Part shown: piece by piece, positions 42,535 to 54,400 of the stretch
Layout: each line of letters opens with the position of its first letter
Numbering within the stretch: position 1 is the first letter of the stretch
Origin: an uncultured bacterium
GTDB lineage: Bacteria > Acidobacteriota > Thermoanaerobaculia > Multivoradales > JAHZIX01
Assembly: GCA_965368975.1 (NCBI GenBank)
Contig: CBDUPA010000001.1
Location: 64,001-128,000, forward strand
DNA length: 64,000 nt
Direction: 5' to 3'
Program-made: the position numbers and the translations under genes
Notes under the pieces: model-generated
What the model was told of the DNA's origin: nothing
The model's database searches: none
The model's input: the letters and a program-made list of their open reading frames with translations, nothing else

Positions 42535-45500
42535 ATGTCCCGTACCCTGACCGCGGAGGAGAAGCGACAGCTGCTCGCCGAAGTGCTGCGTCGCAAGGCC
42601 GCCGACGCACGCCGCGAGTTCCCGCTCAGCCACGGCCAGCAGGCACTCTGGTACCTGTACCGCCTGCGTCCGGAGGACACCTCCTACAATGCCCTGTTCG
42701 CGGTCCGCTTGCGCTCCGATTTCGATCGCGTGAAGCTGCGGGCCGCGTTCCAGGAGCTGGTCGACCGGCATCCGAGCCTGCGCACGGTGTACGGGGCAGG
42801 GCAGCAGGCCGGCGCGCCGGGCGGGGCTGCGCCGGGCGGGGCCGCGCCGGTGGTCGTGCAGCAGGTGCGGGACAAGGCTGTAGTGGCGTTTCGCGAGCAC
42901 GCGCTGGATGTCGACCTGAGCGAGGAAGAGATCCTCGAGCGGGTGCGCGCCGCGGCCTATCAGCCTTTCGATCTCGAGTCTGGGCCAGTTTTCCGGGTCG
43001 ACCTCTTCGTACGGACGCCCACGGATGCGGTACTGCTGTTCACCGCTCACCACATCGGGATCGACTTCTGGTCCTTCGGCATCATGCTCGAAGATGTGCT
43101 CGGGTTCTACCAGGCACGCACCGGCGGCGCCGATCGTCAGCGGCTGCCCGGATCGCCGTACGCCGACTTCGTGGAACGCCAGCGCACCTTGCTTGGCGGT
43201 CCCGAGGGAGAGCGCCTGTGGGCTTATTGGCAGCAGCGGCTGCAGGCACCACGTCCGGTGCTCGACTTGCCTACGGATCGTCCCCGACCCGCGGTGCAGA
43301 GCCACAACGGAGCGAGCCAGCCGCTGCCGCTCGATGCCCGCCGGACCGCCGCCTTGCGCCAGCTTGCCAAGAGTTGTCAGGCGACCTCCAATGCGGCCCT
43401 CTTGGCGGTGTTCTACGTGCTGCTGCAGCGCTACAGCGGGCAGCACGACCTGTTGGTGGGCTCGCCGATGGCCGGACGCACGCGCTCCGAGTTCGAACGC
43501 ACTGTCGGGCTGTTCGTCAATCTGGTCGTGTTGCGTGGCGATCTGAGCGGCGACCCGAGCTTCAGCGAGCTGATTCGGCGCACGCGTACGACCCTGCTCG
43601 GGGCCCTCGAACACCAGGAAGCTCCGTTCGCCTGGCTGGTCGAGAAGCTGGGGGTCGAGCGTGATCCCAGCCGTGGTCCGCTGGTGGATGTCGCCTTCGC
43701 CCTCGAGTCGAGTCGCATGGATCGACAGGGGATCTCGGCCCTGATGCTGGGCGAGGCCGAAGACCCGAACGCGGGCAAGGCGCGCGCCAGGCTGGCCGGT
43801 CTGGAACTCGAAGCCATGGACGTGACGCAGCAGGAGGGGCAGTTCGATCTGACCTTCCACTTGATGGAGCTGGGGGAGCGCATCGTCGGCGTCGCCAACT
43901 ACAACCGGGACCTGTTCGACGCGGCGACCATCGACCGCATGGCCGGCCACCTGCGCAACCTGCTGTCGGCTGCCGCGGACGATCCCGAGGCTCCGCTTTC
44001 GGCGCTGTCCATGCTCGCCGTCGCAGAGCGCGCGCAGCTGGTGCGTGATTTCAACCGGGAGAACCCGCCTCCCGCGATCTCCGCGGCGGATGCCACGGAG
44101 CTGCTACGGACCTCGGGCGCCCTCTTTTTTCCTGACCTCTTCGAGGCCCGCGCCGCAGCCTCACCCGACGCTCGGGCGGTGGTGGCGCCGTCCGAACGGC
44201 TGAGCTACCGTCAGCTCGATCGTCGGGCCAATGCTCTGGCCACGCGGCTGCGTCAGCGAGGTGTTGGTCCCGACGTGCCGGTCGGTGTCTACGCCACGCG
44301 CGATGCCGGCCTGGTCGTGGCTCTGATGGCAATCCTCAAAGCTGGCGGTGCCTACCTGCCGCTCGCTCCTGCCTATCCCGCCGATCGGCTGCGCTACATG
44401 CTCGCTGACTCCGGCGTGCGCTTGGTACTGAGCGAACAGGCGCTGGTTGGACGCTTGCCGGTCGTCGAAGGGGTTGATGTCCTGCTCCTGGACTCTGGTG
44501 CCTCGGCGGCCACCGGCCCACGGGCTGCCGAGGCCGCCACGCCGCCCGTGCGCCGGCTGGACGGCGAGCAACTCGCCTACGTCATCTACACCTCGGGGTC
44601 GACCGGTAAGCCCAAGGGCGTGATGCTGCGGCACGCGGGTCTGGCCAACCTGATGCGCGAACACCTGCGTTTGTTCGGCCTTGGGCCGAACGACCGTGTG
44701 TTGCAGTTCTCCTCGATCGGTTTCGACGCCTCGGTATGGGAGATGGTCAAGACGCTGGCCGCCGGTGCCGCTTTGCACCTGGCACCACGTGAAGCCATGC
44801 TGCCCGGACCGGACTTGATGGCCCTGCTGCAGGAGCGTGGCATCTCGATGGCGACGCTGACGCCCTCGGTCCTGGCTGTTCTGGAGCCTGAGAAGCTGCC
44901 ACGATTGCGCCAGATCGTGGCGGCTGGCGAGGCGTTGCCACCGTCGCTGGCGGCGCGTTGGAGTCGGGCGCTGACGGAACACGGTGGGCGCTTCGTCAAT
45001 GCCTACGGTCCCACCGAGACGACGGTGTGCACGACGCTGACCGTGGTGCCCGCCGAGGCCGACGTCAAGTTGACCATCGGCCGGCCGCTGGCCGGATTTC
45101 ACACGCTGGTGCTCGATCGGCACCAGCAACTGCAGCCGATCGGCGTACCCGGAGAGCTGTGCGCGGGTGGCGAAGGTCTGGCGCGCGGCTATCTGGGACA
45201 GCCCCGTCGCACCGCACTGGCCTTCGTGCCCGATCCCTACGCCGGTGAGGTCACGCTGGCAGGCAGTGAGCTGGCAGGCGGTGAGCTGGCAGGCGGTGAG
45301 CCGGTTGGTGGCGGTCGTCTCTACCGTACCGGCGACCTCGTTCGTCAGCTACCGGATGGGCGCATCGACTACCTCGGGCGCATTGACCACCAGGTCAAGC
45401 TACGAGGCTTCCGCATCGAGCTGGGCGAGATCGAGTCGGCTCTGCGGACGCAGGATGCCGTTGCCGAATGCCTGGTACTGGTCCACGAGATCGGCCGGCG

Positions 45501-48500
45501 CAAGGACTTGGTGGCGTTCGTCGTGGTGGTGCCGGAGCAGGCTCCACAGGCCGCGGCCACCGCAGCTTCCCTGCGTGATGCCCTTGGCGCCGACCTGCCC
45601 GAGTACATGGTGCCGGCGCGCATCGTGTTTCTCGACGAGTTGCCGGTCAACGCCAATGGCAAAGCTGATCGCCAAGCCCTGATCCGCCGCCTGGACGAGG
45701 AAGCTGCCAGCACCCGGGACCTGCGCCACGAGGTCGCGGCAGGAGCCGTCGGCGCTGCTGGTGCCGATGGGGAGGAGGCGTCGACGGGTACCTCTGGACC
45801 GGGCCACCAGGTGGTTACGGCGTCTGTCGCCACCGACCCGACGCTGCGCGGCCGCCTGGTGCGCATCGTCTCCGAGATCTGGTGCGACCTCTTGGGTCTT
45901 GACAGCGTGCGTCCGGGGGACAATTTTTTCGAGATCGGTGGCCACTCGCTGCTGCTCGCCGAGATGCAGCAGCTGCTGCAGCCGCGCCTTGATGAGTTGC
46001 AGCTGCAGCATCGCCTGAGCGCTGTCGAGTTGCTGCAGCACACCACGGTCAACAGCCTGGCGGCACACCTGACGTCGATGGCGCCGGCAGCTGCCGTGGC
46101 GACGGCTGCCGCCAGTAGCCCAGCACCGGTGACCGGGACGACGGCCGCCGCCGACGAGCCGATCGCCATCGTCGGCATGGCGGGGCGCTTCCCCGGCGCT
46201 GCCTCGGTGGACGAGTTCTGGAGCAACCTGCGCCAGGGGGTCGAGTCGATCACCTTCTTCGAGCGCGACGAGATCGAACTCGGGGGTCTGCTCGATGCCG
46301 ACCCCGATCACCCAGACTTTGTGGGCGCGGGTGGCGTGCTCGACGACATCGAGGGGTTCGACGCCGAGCTCTTCGGCTACAACCCGCGTGAAGCGGAAAT
46401 CCTCGACCCGCAGCAGCGCCTGTTCCTCGAACAGGCTTGGCGCGCTCTCGAGGCGGCGGCGCTCGATCCGAGCAGCTACCCGGGGCGCATCGGTGTTTTC
46501 GGCGGCGTCGGGGCGAGCACCTACTGGCAGTTCAACCTGGCCCTCAATCCGCAGTTGATGCGCTCGGTGGGTGGCTTCCAGGCTCTGGTCGGCAACGACA
46601 AGGACTTCCTGCCGACACGCGTCGCCTACAAGCTGGGCCTCACCGGACCGGCGGTCAACGTGCAGACGGCGTGTTCGACCTCGCTGGTCGCTGTGCACCT
46701 GGCGTGCGAGAGCCTGCGCCGCGGTGAGTGTGAGGTGGCGATGGCCGGCGGTGCCGCGGTACGCGTGCCGCACAAGAGTGGCTATGTCTATGCGCCGGGC
46801 ATGATCCTGTCGCGCGACGGTCACTGCCGGGCCTTCGACGCTGACGCCAGCGGTACGGTGGGCGGCAACGGCGTCGCCCTGGTGGTGCTCAAGCCGCTGA
46901 GCCGGGCGCTGGCGGACGGCGACCATGTGCACGCGGTGATCCGCGGCAGTGCAATCAACAACGATGGCGACCACAAGCTCGGCTATACCGCGCCCAGTGT
47001 CGAGGGGCAGGCCACCGTCATCCGCGCCGCCCTCGAGGCGGCGCAGGTCGACCCGGGCACGATCGGCTACGTCGAGGCCCACGGCACGGGCACCGAGCTG
47101 GGCGATCCGATCGAAGTCGAAGCCCTACACCGAGCCTGGCGCTCGCGGACACCGGATCTGCCGGCCGGGACTTGCGCGCTCGGCGCGGTCAAGACCAACG
47201 TCGGCCACTTGGACGCCGCGGCCGGCGTTACCGGTTTGATCAAGGCGGCACTGGCGATCGAGCACGGTGAACTGCCGCCCAGCCTCAATTTTCAGGCCCC
47301 CAATCCCAAGATCGACTTTGCCTCGACGCCCTTCTACGTCAATCGCGAACTGACGTCCTGGCGCATGGCGCCGGGGCCGGCCGCGCAGGAACTGGCCGCG
47401 CCGCGCCGGGCGGCGGTGAGTTCTTTCGGCATCGGTGGCACCAACGTCCACGCCATTCTCGAACAGGCACCGGCGGCGGTGACTTCGCAGCCGTTCGGAC
47501 GCGTCGACGCGCGGCCGGCACGCCTGCTGGTGTTGTCGGCGCACAAGCCCGCCGTGCTGGAGACCGCGCAGACGCAGCTGGCTGCTTGGCTCGAAGCGCA
47601 TCCGGACGCCGACCTGGCCGACGTCGCCTTCACGCTGCAAACCGGTCGTCGACCGCTCGAACATCGTCGAGCCTTGGTGGTGCGGGATCGCGGCGACGCC
47701 CTGGCGGTCCTGCGTGGCGAGGGCGAGGCGGTCGAGCGCCTGCTGGCCGGCCGTGGCGCCGGGCCGCGCCCGGTGGCGTTCTTGTTCCCGGGCCAGGGTT
47801 CGCAGCATCCCGGCATGGGGCGTGAGCTGTACGACATCGAGCCCGTGTTCCGGCAGGTGGTCGACGTCTGTGCCGAGGGGCTGCAGGCGCACATCGGTCT
47901 GGATCTACGCGACCTCCTCTTCCCGCCCTTGCAGGATGCGACCTCGCAGCAAGGGGTCTCGCCGGAGGCCGCCGCCCAGCGCTTGCGCGACACGCGTTTC
48001 ACGCAGCCGGCGCTGTTCACCATCGAGTTGGCCTGGGCGCGGCTGTGGCAGAGCTGGGGGGTCGAGCCGGTGGCGATGCTGGGTCACAGCATTGGTGAGT
48101 TCGTGGCCGCTCATCTGGCCGGGGTCTTCGACCTCGAGACCGCGCTGTCGCTGGTGGCGGCGCGCGGTGGCTTGATGGCCGAGCTCGAACCCGGCGCCAT
48201 GCTGAGTGTCGAACTGGACGAGGAGGTCTTGCGCGGCCGTCTGCAGTTGGCACCGGGCCTGGACTTGGCGGCGCTCAATGCGTCGGGGCTCTGCGTGGTG
48301 TCCGGACCGGCCGCCGAGGTCGACGCTTTCGCCGAGAGCCTGGACGCTGACGGTATCGAGAACCGGCGTCTGCACACCTCGCACGCTTTCCACTCGCGCT
48401 CGATGGAGCCTGCCGTGGCCGCCTTCCGCACGCTGGTGGCGAGCCGCCAGCTGAGCCCGCCGACCCGCCCCTTCATCTCCAACGTGACCGGGACCTGGAT

Positions 48501-51465
48501 CACGGCCGAGCAGGCGACGGCTGCCGACTACTGGGCGGGGCACCTGCGGCAGGCGGTGCGCTTCGCCGACGGCGTCGCGACGCTGCTGCAAGACCCTGAC
48601 ACGGTGCTGCTGGAAGTGGGACCCGGCAAGACGCTGAGCAGCTTGGCACGGCGCGTCGAGATGCCGGTGGCAGCCCGCGTGACGGCGATCGCCTCGGCCC
48701 GCCATCCGCGCGATGTCGACGGTGAGTTGGGCAGCGATGTTCTGCCGCAGTTGACCGCGCTGGCACGTCTGTGGCTGGCCGGTGTCGATGTCGCGTGGCC
48801 GGCTCTCTACGCGCAGACGAAGGATGACAGCGGTGGTCACGGGAGGTCCCAGGGCAGGCGTGCGCCGCGCCGGCTGCAGCTGCCTGGCTATCCCTTCCAG
48901 CGCCAGCGCCACTGGGTCGAGCCGACGGTGCGCTTGACGGATGTCGGTGTCGAGATCGTCACGGCTGCGCCCGGTGTCTCGACGGCTGGGGCTGGAGATA
49001 CGGCCGCGGCTTCCGCGCCGACCGCTGAGCTGCCCCCGGGACGCAACAACCGCCCCGAGTTGCCGACGGTCTACGCTGAGGCGCGCGATCCCGTCGAGGC
49101 GACACTGGTCCTGGTGTGGCAGGAACTGTTGGGCGTCGACCCGATCGGCGTCCACGACGACTTCCTCGACCTCGGTGGTCACTCGCTGCTCGGCACGCGT
49201 ATGCTGGCCCGCGTTCGCGACCGCTACGGCGTCGAGGTGCCGCTCGGTTCTTTGCTGCGCAAGCCGACCGTGTCGGCCCTGGCGTCCCTGATCGTTGATG
49301 CGCTGCCGCCCGAGCAGGCCGAGCGTGCGCTGTCAGCGTCGATGCAGGACACCGCCGCTGTCGCGACGCCCGCACCCGCCGCGGCGGGCGAGCCGGTCGT
49401 GAGTTCGGTACAGGTCGAGGGACCAGCGGCTGGTGGCGATGCTGCGCTGCTGGCGCCCGAGGCGACGCGAGAAGCGCGCGCCGACCTGGCCGACTGGTTC
49501 TACCGCTCCGCCTGGCGCCGAGATGCGCTACCCGTGACCGCCTGGCAGGCTCCGGCCGGCCTCGATTGGCTGATCTTCGTCGACTCCGGCGGTCTTGGAG
49601 AGGTGTTGACCGCACGGCTGCGTCGCGAAGGCCAACGTGTCACCACCGTGCAGGCCGGCCCGGGCTTTCACCGGCTCGGGGACGACACCTTCGTGGTGGC
49701 CCCGGAGACAGCCGAAGACCATCGTCGCCTGCTGCGCGACCTGGCCACCGCTGGCCGTCGGCCGCAGCGGATCGTCCACCTGTGGAGCTTCGACGCCGCA
49801 GTCGAAGCGACAGCCGCTACCGCTGCCGACTCGTCGCAGGGGACGCCTGCTGTCGCCAGTGTAGAGGCCCGTCTAGAGGGGACCAGTTCAAAGGGAACCA
49901 GTTCAAAGGGAACAAGTCTCGAAACCGTCGTGGCACGGTTGGAGCGGCAAGCCCAGCGCACGTTCTTCGCCCCCCTACACCTGTTGCAGGCGCTCGAAGA
50001 GATGCGTGACGATCAGCCGCTGCAGCTCAACTTCCTGGCTACCGGTCTGCAGCACTTGCAGGCAGGCGATCGCGTGCTCCCCGAGCAAGCTCTGCTGCTC
50101 GGTCCCGCCCGCGTGGCGCCGATCGAAGATCCGCGCTTGGCCTGCCGCGTGCTGGATCTCGAGGCCGCGGTTGCCTGGTCGGACAGTGCACACCTCGATC
50201 GTCTACTCGCCGAGTTGGGCGTACCGGTCGCCGCAGGGGAGATGGAGCTGGTGGCGTTGCGCGCCGGCGAACGCTGGTGCGAGGCCTTCGAGCCGCTGCA
50301 CCTCGAGGTTCCAGCCGAGGAGACCGTGCCCCTGCGGGCTGGCGGGACCTACGTGGTCACCGGTGGTCTCGGCGGCATCGGCTTCACCCTGGCGCGTCAC
50401 CTGGCGGAGCACTACCAGGCACGCTTGGTCCTCACTGGTCGCTCCGACCTCGGGCCCGAGGCCACCTGGCAGCAGCGCCATGACGATCCGGCCACATCAC
50501 CGGCCCAGCGGCGCAAGCTGGCGCGTCTGCTCGAACTGCGCCGCCTGGGAGCGGTGGTCGACGTGCGCACCGCGGACGTCACCGACGCCTCGCAGATGCG
50601 CTCGGTGCTGGCGCGTGCGCTCGAGCACCACGGCCGCGTCGACGGTGTGATCCATGCCGCCGGGGTCCCCGGTGGTGGCACCCTGCAACGCAAGCGAGAC
50701 GACGACGCGCGCTCGGTGCTGGCGCCCAAGGTCAGTGGCACCGTGGTGCTCGCGGCCCTGCTGTCTGAACTCACCGGCGTGTCCGAGCAGCGGCCCTTCC
50801 TGCTGCTGTGCTCGTCGCTGGCGACCAGCTGCGGCGTCTTCGGCCAGGGCGACTACAGCGCCGCCAATGCCTTCCAGGACGCCTGGGCCCAGGCCCACGG
50901 GGCTTCGACGGCGGCGGGCTCGGCCGATGGGCCGCGCGTGCTGGCGATCGACTGGGACAGCTGGCGCGAGCTGGGGATGGCCGCCGAGTCCGAGGTCCCA
51001 CCCGACTTGCGCGCGGCACAACAGGCAATGCTCGCCAACGCCGTTGCACCTACCGAGGGAGCCGAGGTCTTCCGCCGGGCTCTCGCCAGCCGCGAGAGCC
51101 GGCTGCTGGTGGCAACCGTCGACTTGCAGGCCCGTGGCCGGCAGCTGCGGGGCCTGGATCCCGGTACGGCCGGTGCAGCAGGCACCGCGACGGTGCCGCC
51201 GCCGGCTACCGTCGATGCCTCCGCAGGCGACGCGCCGGCGGCCGCCCCGGCGCCAGTTCAGCCAGCAACCGTCCCGCCGGCGACCTTCCGGCCAGCAAAC
51301 GTGGGCGCCACCTCCGCCCCGGCAGGCTTGGGTGCCGGTGTGGCCGATCTGGTCGATCTCGACAGTACCGACGATGACTTGATCCCGGATATCGGGGATC
51401 TCGCCGACGAGCAGGTCGATGCCCTGCTGGTTGGCTTGTTGCAGCAACAGGAGCCGAGTGCATGA
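42535..51465 (+). CDS. Hybrid NRPS-PKS: C-A(Phe-like)-PCP-KS-AT-ACP-KR
   Basis: GGAGGAGG RBS; N-terminal LTAEEKRQLL; C HHIGID; A ~DAWTVAAVCK; PCP GGHSL; KS QTACSTS; AT GHSIG/HAFHS; carrier FLDLGGHSL at ~49160 precedes the KR (GGLGGIG, SS, YSAAN); ends LADEQVDALL. Confidence 0.9.
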   Translation: MSRTLTAEEKRQLLAEVLRRKAADARREFPLSHGQQALWYLYRLRPEDTSYNALFAVRLRSDFDRVKLRAAFQELVDRHPSLRTVYGAGQQAGAPGGAAPGGAAPVVVQQVRDKAVVAFREHALDVDLSEEEILERVRAAAYQPFDLESGPVFRVDLFVRTPTDAVLLFTAHHIGIDFWSFGIMLEDVLGFYQARTGGADRQRLPGSPYADFVERQRTLLGGPEGERLWAYWQQRLQAPRPVLDLPTDRPRPAVQSHNGASQPLPLDARRTAALRQLAKSCQATSNAALLAVFYVLLQRYSGQHDLLVGSPMAGRTRSEFERTVGLFVNLVVLRGDLSGDPSFSELIRRTRTTLLGALEHQEAPFAWLVEKLGVERDPSRGPLVDVAFALESSRMDRQGISALMLGEAEDPNAGKARARLAGLELEAMDVTQQEGQFDLTFHLMELGERIVGVANYNRDLFDAATIDRMAGHLRNLLSAAADDPEAPLSALSMLAVAERAQLVRDFNRENPPPAISAADATELLRTSGALFFPDLFEARAAASPDARAVVAPSERLSYRQLDRRANALATRLRQRGVGPDVPVGVYATRDAGLVVALMAILKAGGAYLPLAPAYPADRLRYMLADSGVRLVLSEQALVGRLPVVEGVDVLLLDSGASAATGPRAAEAATPPVRRLDGEQLAYVIYTSGSTGKPKGVMLRHAGLANLMREHLRLFGLGPNDRVLQFSSIGFDASVWEMVKTLAAGAALHLAPREAMLPGPDLMALLQERGISMATLTPSVLAVLEPEKLPRLRQIVAAGEALPPSLAARWSRALTEHGGRFVNAYGPTETTVCTTLTVVPAEADVKLTIGRPLAGFHTLVLDRHQQLQPIGVPGELCAGGEGLARGYLGQPRRTALAFVPDPYAGEVTLAGSELAGGELAGGEPVGGGRLYRTGDLVRQLPDGRIDYLGRIDHQVKLRGFRIELGEIESALRTQDAVAECLVLVHEIGRRKDLVAFVVVVPEQAPQAAATAASLRDALGADLPEYMVPARIVFLDELPVNANGKADRQALIRRLDEEAASTRDLRHEVAAGAVGAAGADGEEASTGTSGPGHQVVTASVATDPTLRGRLVRIVSEIWCDLLGLDSVRPGDNFFEIGGHSLLLAEMQQLLQPRLDELQLQHRLSAVELLQHTTVNSLAAHLTSMAPAAAVATAAASSPAPVTGTTAAADEPIAIVGMAGRFPGAASVDEFWSNLRQGVESITFFERDEIELGGLLDADPDHPDFVGAGGVLDDIEGFDAELFGYNPREAEILDPQQRLFLEQAWRALEAAALDPSSYPGRIGVFGGVGASTYWQFNLALNPQLMRSVGGFQALVGNDKDFLPTRVAYKLGLTGPAVNVQTACSTSLVAVHLACESLRRGECEVAMAGGAAVRVPHKSGYVYAPGMILSRDGHCRAFDADASGTVGGNGVALVVLKPLSRALADGDHVHAVIRGSAINNDGDHKLGYTAPSVEGQATVIRAALEAAQVDPGTIGYVEAHGTGTELGDPIEVEALHRAWRSRTPDLPAGTCALGAVKTNVGHLDAAAGVTGLIKAALAIEHGELPPSLNFQAPNPKIDFASTPFYVNRELTSWRMAPGPAAQELAAPRRAAVSSFGIGGTNVHAILEQAPAAVTSQPFGRVDARPARLLVLSAHKPAVLETAQTQLAAWLEAHPDADLADVAFTLQTGRRPLEHRRALVVRDRGDALAVLRGEGEAVERLLAGRGAGPRPVAFLFPGQGSQHPGMGRELYDIEPVFRQVVDVCAEGLQAHIGLDLRDLLFPPLQDATSQQGVSPEAAAQRLRDTRFTQPALFTIELAWARLWQSWGVEPVAMLGHSIGEFVAAHLAGVFDLETALSLVAARGGLMAELEPGAMLSVELDEEVLRGRLQLAPGLDLAALNASGLCVVSGPAAEVDAFAESLDADGIENRRLHTSHAFHSRSMEPAVAAFRTLVASRQLSPPTRPFISNVTGTWITAEQATAADYWAGHLRQAVRFADGVATLLQDPDTVLLEVGPGKTLSSLARRVEMPVAARVTAIASARHPRDVDGELGSDVLPQLTALARLWLAGVDVAWPALYAQTKDDSGGHGRSQGRRAPRRLQLPGYPFQRQRHWVEPTVRLTDVGVEIVTAAPGVSTAGAGDTAAASAPTAELPPGRNNRPELPTVYAEARDPVEATLVLVWQELLGVDPIGVHDDFLDLGGHSLLGTRMLARVRDRYGVEVPLGSLLRKPTVSALASLIVDALPPEQAERALSASMQDTAAVATPAPAAAGEPVVSSVQVEGPAAGGDAALLAPEATREARADLADWFYRSAWRRDALPVTAWQAPAGLDWLIFVDSGGLGEVLTARLRREGQRVTTVQAGPGFHRLGDDTFVVAPETAEDHRRLLRDLATAGRRPQRIVHLWSFDAAVEATAATAADSSQGTPAVASVEARLEGTSSKGTSSKGTSLETVVARLERQAQRTFFAPLHLLQALEEMRDDQPLQLNFLATGLQHLQAGDRVLPEQALLLGPARVAPIEDPRLACRVLDLEAAVAWSDSAHLDRLLAELGVPVAAGEMELVALRAGERWCEAFEPLHLEVPAEETVPLRAGGTYVVTGGLGGIGFTLARHLAEHYQARLVLTGRSDLGPEATWQQRHDDPATSPAQRRKLARLLELRRLGAVVDVRTADVTDASQMRSVLARALEHHGRVDGVIHAAGVPGGGTLQRKRDDDARSVLAPKVSGTVVLAALLSELTGVSEQRPFLLLCSSLATSCGVFGQGDYSAANAFQDAWAQAHGASTAAGSADGPRVLAIDWDSWRELGMAAESEVPPDLRAAQQAMLANAVAPTEGAEVFRRALASRESRLLVATVDLQARGRQLRGLDPGTAGAAGTATVPPPATVDASAGDAPAAAPAPVQPATVPPATFRPANVGATSAPAGLGAGVADLVDLDSTDDDLIPDIGDLADEQVDALLVGLLQQQEPSA

Positions 51466-54400
51466 GTGATCGACCGCGTCCGGAGCAGCTGTCTCCGGCA
51501 GAGAAGAGAGAGCTGTTGGCGAAGTTGATGCGTCAGCGTGACCAGGGTGGCCCGCGCTTTCATCCACTTTCCTTCGCCCAGCAGCGACTGTGGTTCCTCG
51601 ATCGCCTCGATCCTTCGGGCCGTCACCATCGCATCTACCAGGCGTTCCAGCTGCGTGGCGCCTTGCGACCGCAGTTCCTGCACCGCGCGCTGCAGGCCAT
51701 CGTCGACCGGCACGACAGTCTGCGCACCTTCTTCGTCACCACTGCGGGCAAGCCGGCCGCGGCGGTGGCACCAGGGCTGCGCCTGCGTCTGCCCGTGCTC
51801 GACCTGCACCTGACAACGTGGGCAAAGCCGGGCGACGCGCAGCAGACGGAAGAAGCCGTCCTGCAACGAGCGCTCGAGCGCCCCTTTCAGCTCGACCGCG
51901 GGCCGCTGCTGCGCTGCACTCTGCTGCGCTGCTCCGAGGACCGGCACCTGCTGCTGGTGGAGATGCACCACATCATTTCCGATGCCTGGTCGGTCGGTGT
52001 GCTGCTGCGCGAGCTGGCGGCACTCTACGATGCACAGGTGCGCGCCGCGACCAGCCAGCAAGCACCGGCCCCAGGTCTGGCCGACGCTCTGCCACCGCTG
52101 CGCGCGCAGTATCCGAGCTACGCTCGCTGGCAGCGCCAGCGCCTGCAGGGGGACTTGCTGGCCGAGAACTTGGCCTGGTGGCGCCAGCAGCTGGCGGCGC
52201 TGCCAGCGCTGCTCGAGTTGCCGCTCGATCGACCGCGACCGCCGGTACAGAGCCACCATGGCGGCGTGCTGCCGGTGCACTGGCCGGCGCACCTCTACGA
52301 GCGCGTGCGCGAGCTGGGGCGGCGCAACGGTGCTAGTGCCTTCGTCGTGCTGCTGGCCGCCTTCCAGGCCTTCCTCGGCCGCCTGACCGGCGCCCGCGAC
52401 CTCGCCGTTGGCACACCGGTGGCGGGCCGCGACCGCTCGGAGCTGGAAGGGCTGATCGGCTTCTTCATCAACAGCTTGGTGCTGCGCGCCAATCTGCAGG
52501 GCGACTCCCCGGCCGGCCCTGGCTTCGACAGCTTCCTGCGGCGCACGCGCGACGCCTTCCTGGGCGCGTTCGACCACTCCCAGGTACCCTTCGATCGGCT
52601 GGTCGAAGAACTCAAGCCCGAGCGCAACCTGAGCTACCATCCGCTGTACCAGGTCGACTTCCAGCTACAGGCCGAGCCGGTGCCGCCGCTGGAGCTGAGT
52701 GGCCTGGTGATCGAGCCGCGCTTCCTCGACGCCGGTCTCACTGGTTTCGACCTTGCGGTGCAGCTGGAGGCGCAGCCGGACGGCTCGGTCGCCGGTTGGG
52801 TCCAGCACGGCACCGCCATCCTCGACCGCAGCACGGTCGAGCGCTGGCTGCGCGGCTACCGCACGCTGGTCGAGTCGGCCCTCGACACTCCCGCCGGTTG
52901 CCTGTTCGAGCTGTCCGTGCTGACCGCAGCCGAGCGGCACCAGCTGGTGCGCGAGTGGAACGACACCGAAACGGCGTTCGAGGACCTCTTCGAGGATCCG
53001 TCGCACGGTGCCTTCGTGCGCGAGACGCTGCTGCACCGGGCCTTTGAAGCGCAGGCGGCGGCAGTACCCGACGCGCCGGCACTGACCTTCCGCGGCGACA
53101 CCTGGAGCTACCGTCAGCTCGACCAGCGGGCCAATCGCCTGGCCCACTACCTGCGGCGCCTCGGCGTCAGACGGGAAACCCGCGTCGCGGTGTGCCTGGA
53201 GCGCAGCCACGAACTGGTGGTAGCCCTCTACGCCGTGCTCAAGGCCGGCGGCGCCTACGTGCCGGTGGATCCTGGCTATCCCGCCGAGCGCCTGGAGTTC
53301 CTGCTGCGCGACGCCGCGGCGCCAGTTCTGCTGACGCAAGAGCGCCTGCTTGGGGATCTGGGGCTCGAGGATCAGGGCGTCGAGGGCCTGTGCCTGGATC
53401 GCGACTGGCCGCGCATCGAGCAGGCCGTCGACGCGACACGCGCCGAGGAACCGCCGCGCGTCGAGCTACAGCCGGAGAACGCCGCCTACGTCATCTACAC
53501 CTCGGGCTCGACCGGCCAGCCCAAGGGCGCCGTCAACCGTCACCTGAGCATCGACAACCGCCTGGCCTGGATGCAGCGGGCCTACCCGCTCGACGCCAGC
53601 GACGTGGTGCTGCAGAAGACACCGTTCAGCTTCGACGTCTCGGTGTGGGAGTTCTTCTGGCCGCTGCGCCAGGGCGCCCGCCTGGTGATGGCTGAACCCG
53701 GCGGCCACCAGGATCCGGCGTACTTGATTCGCACCGTCGCCGCCGAGGGCGTCACGACGATGCACTTCGTGCCCTCGATGCTGCAGTTGTTCGTCGATCA
53801 CCCGCGAGCCGCCGACGCGAACGCGGCGCTGCGGCGGGTCTTCTGCAGTGGAGAAGCACTACCGCCGGAGCTGGTGCAGCGTTTCTTCGAACGCGTCGGG
53901 GTGCGTCCAGGGCAGACTGCGATCGAGCTGCACAACCTCTACGGTCCGACCGAGGCGGCGGTCGACGTCACGTACGAACCGTGTTCTCCGGGCAAGATCG
54001 GCCACTCGGTGGCGATCGGCCGGCCAGTGGCCAACACCAGCGTGGTGGTGCTCGACTCAGCACGCCGGCCGCTGCCGATCGGCGTCGCCGGTGAGCTGTT
54101 CCTGGGCGGTGTGCAACTGGCGCGCGGCTACCACCGACGTCCCAGCCTGACGGCCCAGCGCTTCGTGCCCGACCCGCTGGCCACTTCTGGACCCGGAAGT
54201 CGCCTCTACGCCACCGGCGATGAGACGCGGCTGCTGCCCGATGGCCGCGTCGAGTTCCTCGGGCGCATCGACTTCCAGGTCAAGCTGCGCGGTCTGCGCA
54301 TCGAGCTGGGTGAGATCGAGGCGGCGCTGCGCACGGCCGAGGTCGACGGACGAACTCTGGTGCACGAGGCACTGGTCTTGGTGCTCGACGCAGCCTCCGG

